Shown piece by piece: positions 61,749-64,000 of a stretch of 64,000 nt of DNA. Source of the stretch: Lophium mytilinum (lineage: Eukaryota). Under the pieces are notes generated by a model. It saw only the letters and a program-made list of their open reading frames with translations. It searched no databases and was not told the origin of the DNA. Every line of letters begins with the position of its first letter. The stretch's first letter is position 1. The position numbers and the translations under genes are program-made. The stretch covers positions 2,026,616 through 2,090,615 of the forward strand of contig MU004186.1 of assembly GCA_010093605.1 (NCBI GenBank), given 5' to 3'.

Positions 61749-63819
61749 TCACCGTCTATCGCTTTCGCCCGTCACGTCCGCCTCCTTTTGCTCTTCAAGG
61801 TGTTTGGCCTCTGCCGAGGCGATGCACGCCGTGTTGGCTCCTGAAAGCACAGGTCAGTGTCTGGCTGTCCGCCCAACTATTGGCTGCTAGTCCATCTTTA
61901 TTGGCTGCACGCACCTAATTTGTTGATGGTCTCCACATATTCGTCGTATGGATCAGACTGTGGAGCAATTAGCAGGTATGAACGCATTTGGTTGGTCTGA
62001 GCTTACATCGAAGACGATCCCTCCACCCGCCTGAAGATAAGCGACCCCATCTTTCACAAGCATCGTCCGTAATGCGATGCATGTCTACCACTGTGTCAGC
62101 TCGTTTTCTCACTCACTGACTCTGCGCGTGCACTCACATCCATCGCCCCTTCAACCTCCCTATCGCCGTCCACGGAGCCGTATCCAAAGTAGCCGACTGC
62201 CCCCGCGTAGACCCCTCTCTTCTCGCCCTCCAGCTCCGCGATCAGCTGCATCGCGCGCACCTTGGGCGCCCCGCTCACCGTACCCGCAGGAAAAATTGAC
62301 CTGAAGGCGTCGAATCGGCTCTTGCCGGGCCGGAGCACTCCAGATACCTCTGAGACGAGATGCTGCACATGTGAGAACTGCAGCGGGGTCAATCCTATCA
62401 CACTCGGGCGGGGTTCCGATTTTCTGCGTGTCTCACCTTCTGGACCACCATCAACCGGTCCACGCGTGTCGACAGTGGGTCGCACACTCGATTTACGTCA
62501 TTTCGCGCCAGATCCACCAACATGACCTGTGAAGAGGAACCGTGGTCAGCGTTTTCTTATTGCATCGAAAATTCTTCGACTCACGTGCTCTGCCCTGTCT
62601 TTGAGCGAGTTCTGAAGCTCCTTCGCAAGAGCCTCGTCCTCCCGCAACGTCTTGCCCCTCTTGACTGTGCCAGCGATTGGATGTGTGATGATGCGACCTA
62701 GCTCCTCCTTCACTAGAAGCTCTGGACTAGCTCCTACTATATGGAAGTCTACGCAGTCGAGGAAGAACAAGTACGGCGATGGATTCACATTGCGCAGATG
62801 ACGGTAGATATTGAACGGATGCAGCGATGTTGGCCTTGAAAACCGCTGCGATGGAACAGCCTGGATAATGTCACCTTTCGTGATATGTTCCTTCAACTTC
62901 TTGACGTGGTTCTCGTATCCGTTCTGGCCGATGTTCGAGGTATACTCTTGGTTTTCCTTTATAGGGCCCTGCTCCGGCATCGGTATGTCCTTGCTCTTAA
63001 GGATTGTTACCAGCCCGTGAAGCTCTGCCTTGGCCTTTTCATACGCAGGTTCAAGGTCGTCCAAGCTCGCCGGCACCTTCAGGTACGTTATGACCTTCAC
63101 AACCTGGAAGAAGTGGTCAAAGGCGATGATGGTGTCGCAGAGCATGAAGAAGCTCTCTGGAACCTTGAGGATGTCCTTCATGTCGTCTCTCCTTGTCTTT
63201 GGCTCGAAATACTTGACGCAGTCTACATGCACGTTAGTAAGTGCCATAATTGAGGGTCAGGACAGTTGCTGACCATAGCCAACATAACCAACAGCCCCTC
63301 CTGTCATAGGAGGGAGCTGTATGGAGGGGACTGTAGCTACCCTGCTTTTCGCAAGCTCTTTCTCCAGAGCGGGAAGTGGGTCAACTTCGTCACCGAACCC
63401 TGGACCGGTCTGCAGGACATCTCGAGGATCTAGAGGCGTCAAAAGGGTGCTTTGGGGGAGACATAGTATGACCGACCTGCACCGATGAAGCTATATCTCC
63501 CGATGGTCTCCGTTGTAGCAGCACTCTCAAATAGAAATGAGAGCCCTGATTTCGACCTATGCTGCTCTTAACAAATGTTCCTTGTCTCTGCGCCGATGAC
63601 TCACTGACTTCGAGGACACTTTCAGGTATATGGACGACGGGGTCAGGAACTCGGCGGAGATGGAGGAGAAGACGGGAACGAGGTTCGGGGGGTTCGGCGA
63701 CTGTATGGCAGAGGCCAGCACCTCTCGGATGGTGTCGAGAGATGGTTGGACACCTAGCTGTTCACGCGGTCAGTAACGGTTTAGGACAGTATGACTGGAC
63801 GGCTTACTTGCGAGGCCAT
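61749..63819 (-). CDS. TRP2: Anthranilate synthase component I, multi-exon
   Basis: MASQ micro-exon at 63819. [84 protein letters not shown]. Stop TGA at 61749. Confidence 0.97.
63596..63603. promoter_or_regulatory. Gcn4/CpcA/CPC-1-type site ATGACTCA in a 5' intron of TRP2
   Basis: Exact TGACTCA core. A second TTGACTCT (- strand) lies at ~63839-63846, just upstream of the ATG. Confidence 0.35.
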
Positions 63820-64000
63820 GGCAGCACGCAGTCAATCAAGAGTCAATATCAGCACCAAATGGGCACGCAGAGATCAATGCAACGAGAATATGAGAGGTGC
63901 TGGTGTCACGAAGGTTCAAATTGACGTGAGAACCAGAGGCTAAAAAAGATGCTTACTTCGGTACCGGCAGCGGGACAAGCAGATCCATGCCGTTTTAATG

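Overview
Gene-dense window from a filamentous ascomycete (Pezizomycotina; Dothideomycetes is only my impression). Most introns are short GT-AG introns with CTRAC-type branch sites, so most ORFs in the six-frame track are exon fragments or shadow ORFs. After manual splicing I can support about 23 protein genes. Recognisable ones: a MATE transporter (N-terminus only), an MFS transporter, the ~12-kb HECT E3 ligase TOM1, BLOS1/GCN5L1, an ankyrin protein, an NFKBIL1-like protein, a peroxiredoxin with a long tail, CSN6, a sorbitol/xylitol-type dehydrogenase, an epoxide hydrolase, pinin, PHF5A/RDS3, PEX11C, an M43 metalloprotease, a CFEM protein and anthranilate synthase TRP2. There is also a decayed cytochrome P450 and a possible decayed fungal transcription factor. 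The most interesting signals: (1) an intergenic, highly structured ~200-nt element at 37593-37789 (-) with RNA polymerase III architecture that matches no canonical Pol III RNA I recognise; (2) a secreted, GPI-anchored protein with a truncated-haemoglobin signature, in tandem with a secreted metalloprotease and an Asp-type CFEM protein, a candidate cell-surface haem module; (3) a Tc1/mariner-type MITE present once intact and once as a head-to-tail array of about four copies; (4) repeated, sharp AC-to-GT skew switch points. All calls come from reading the sequence and from remembered family motifs; no searches or folding programs were run.
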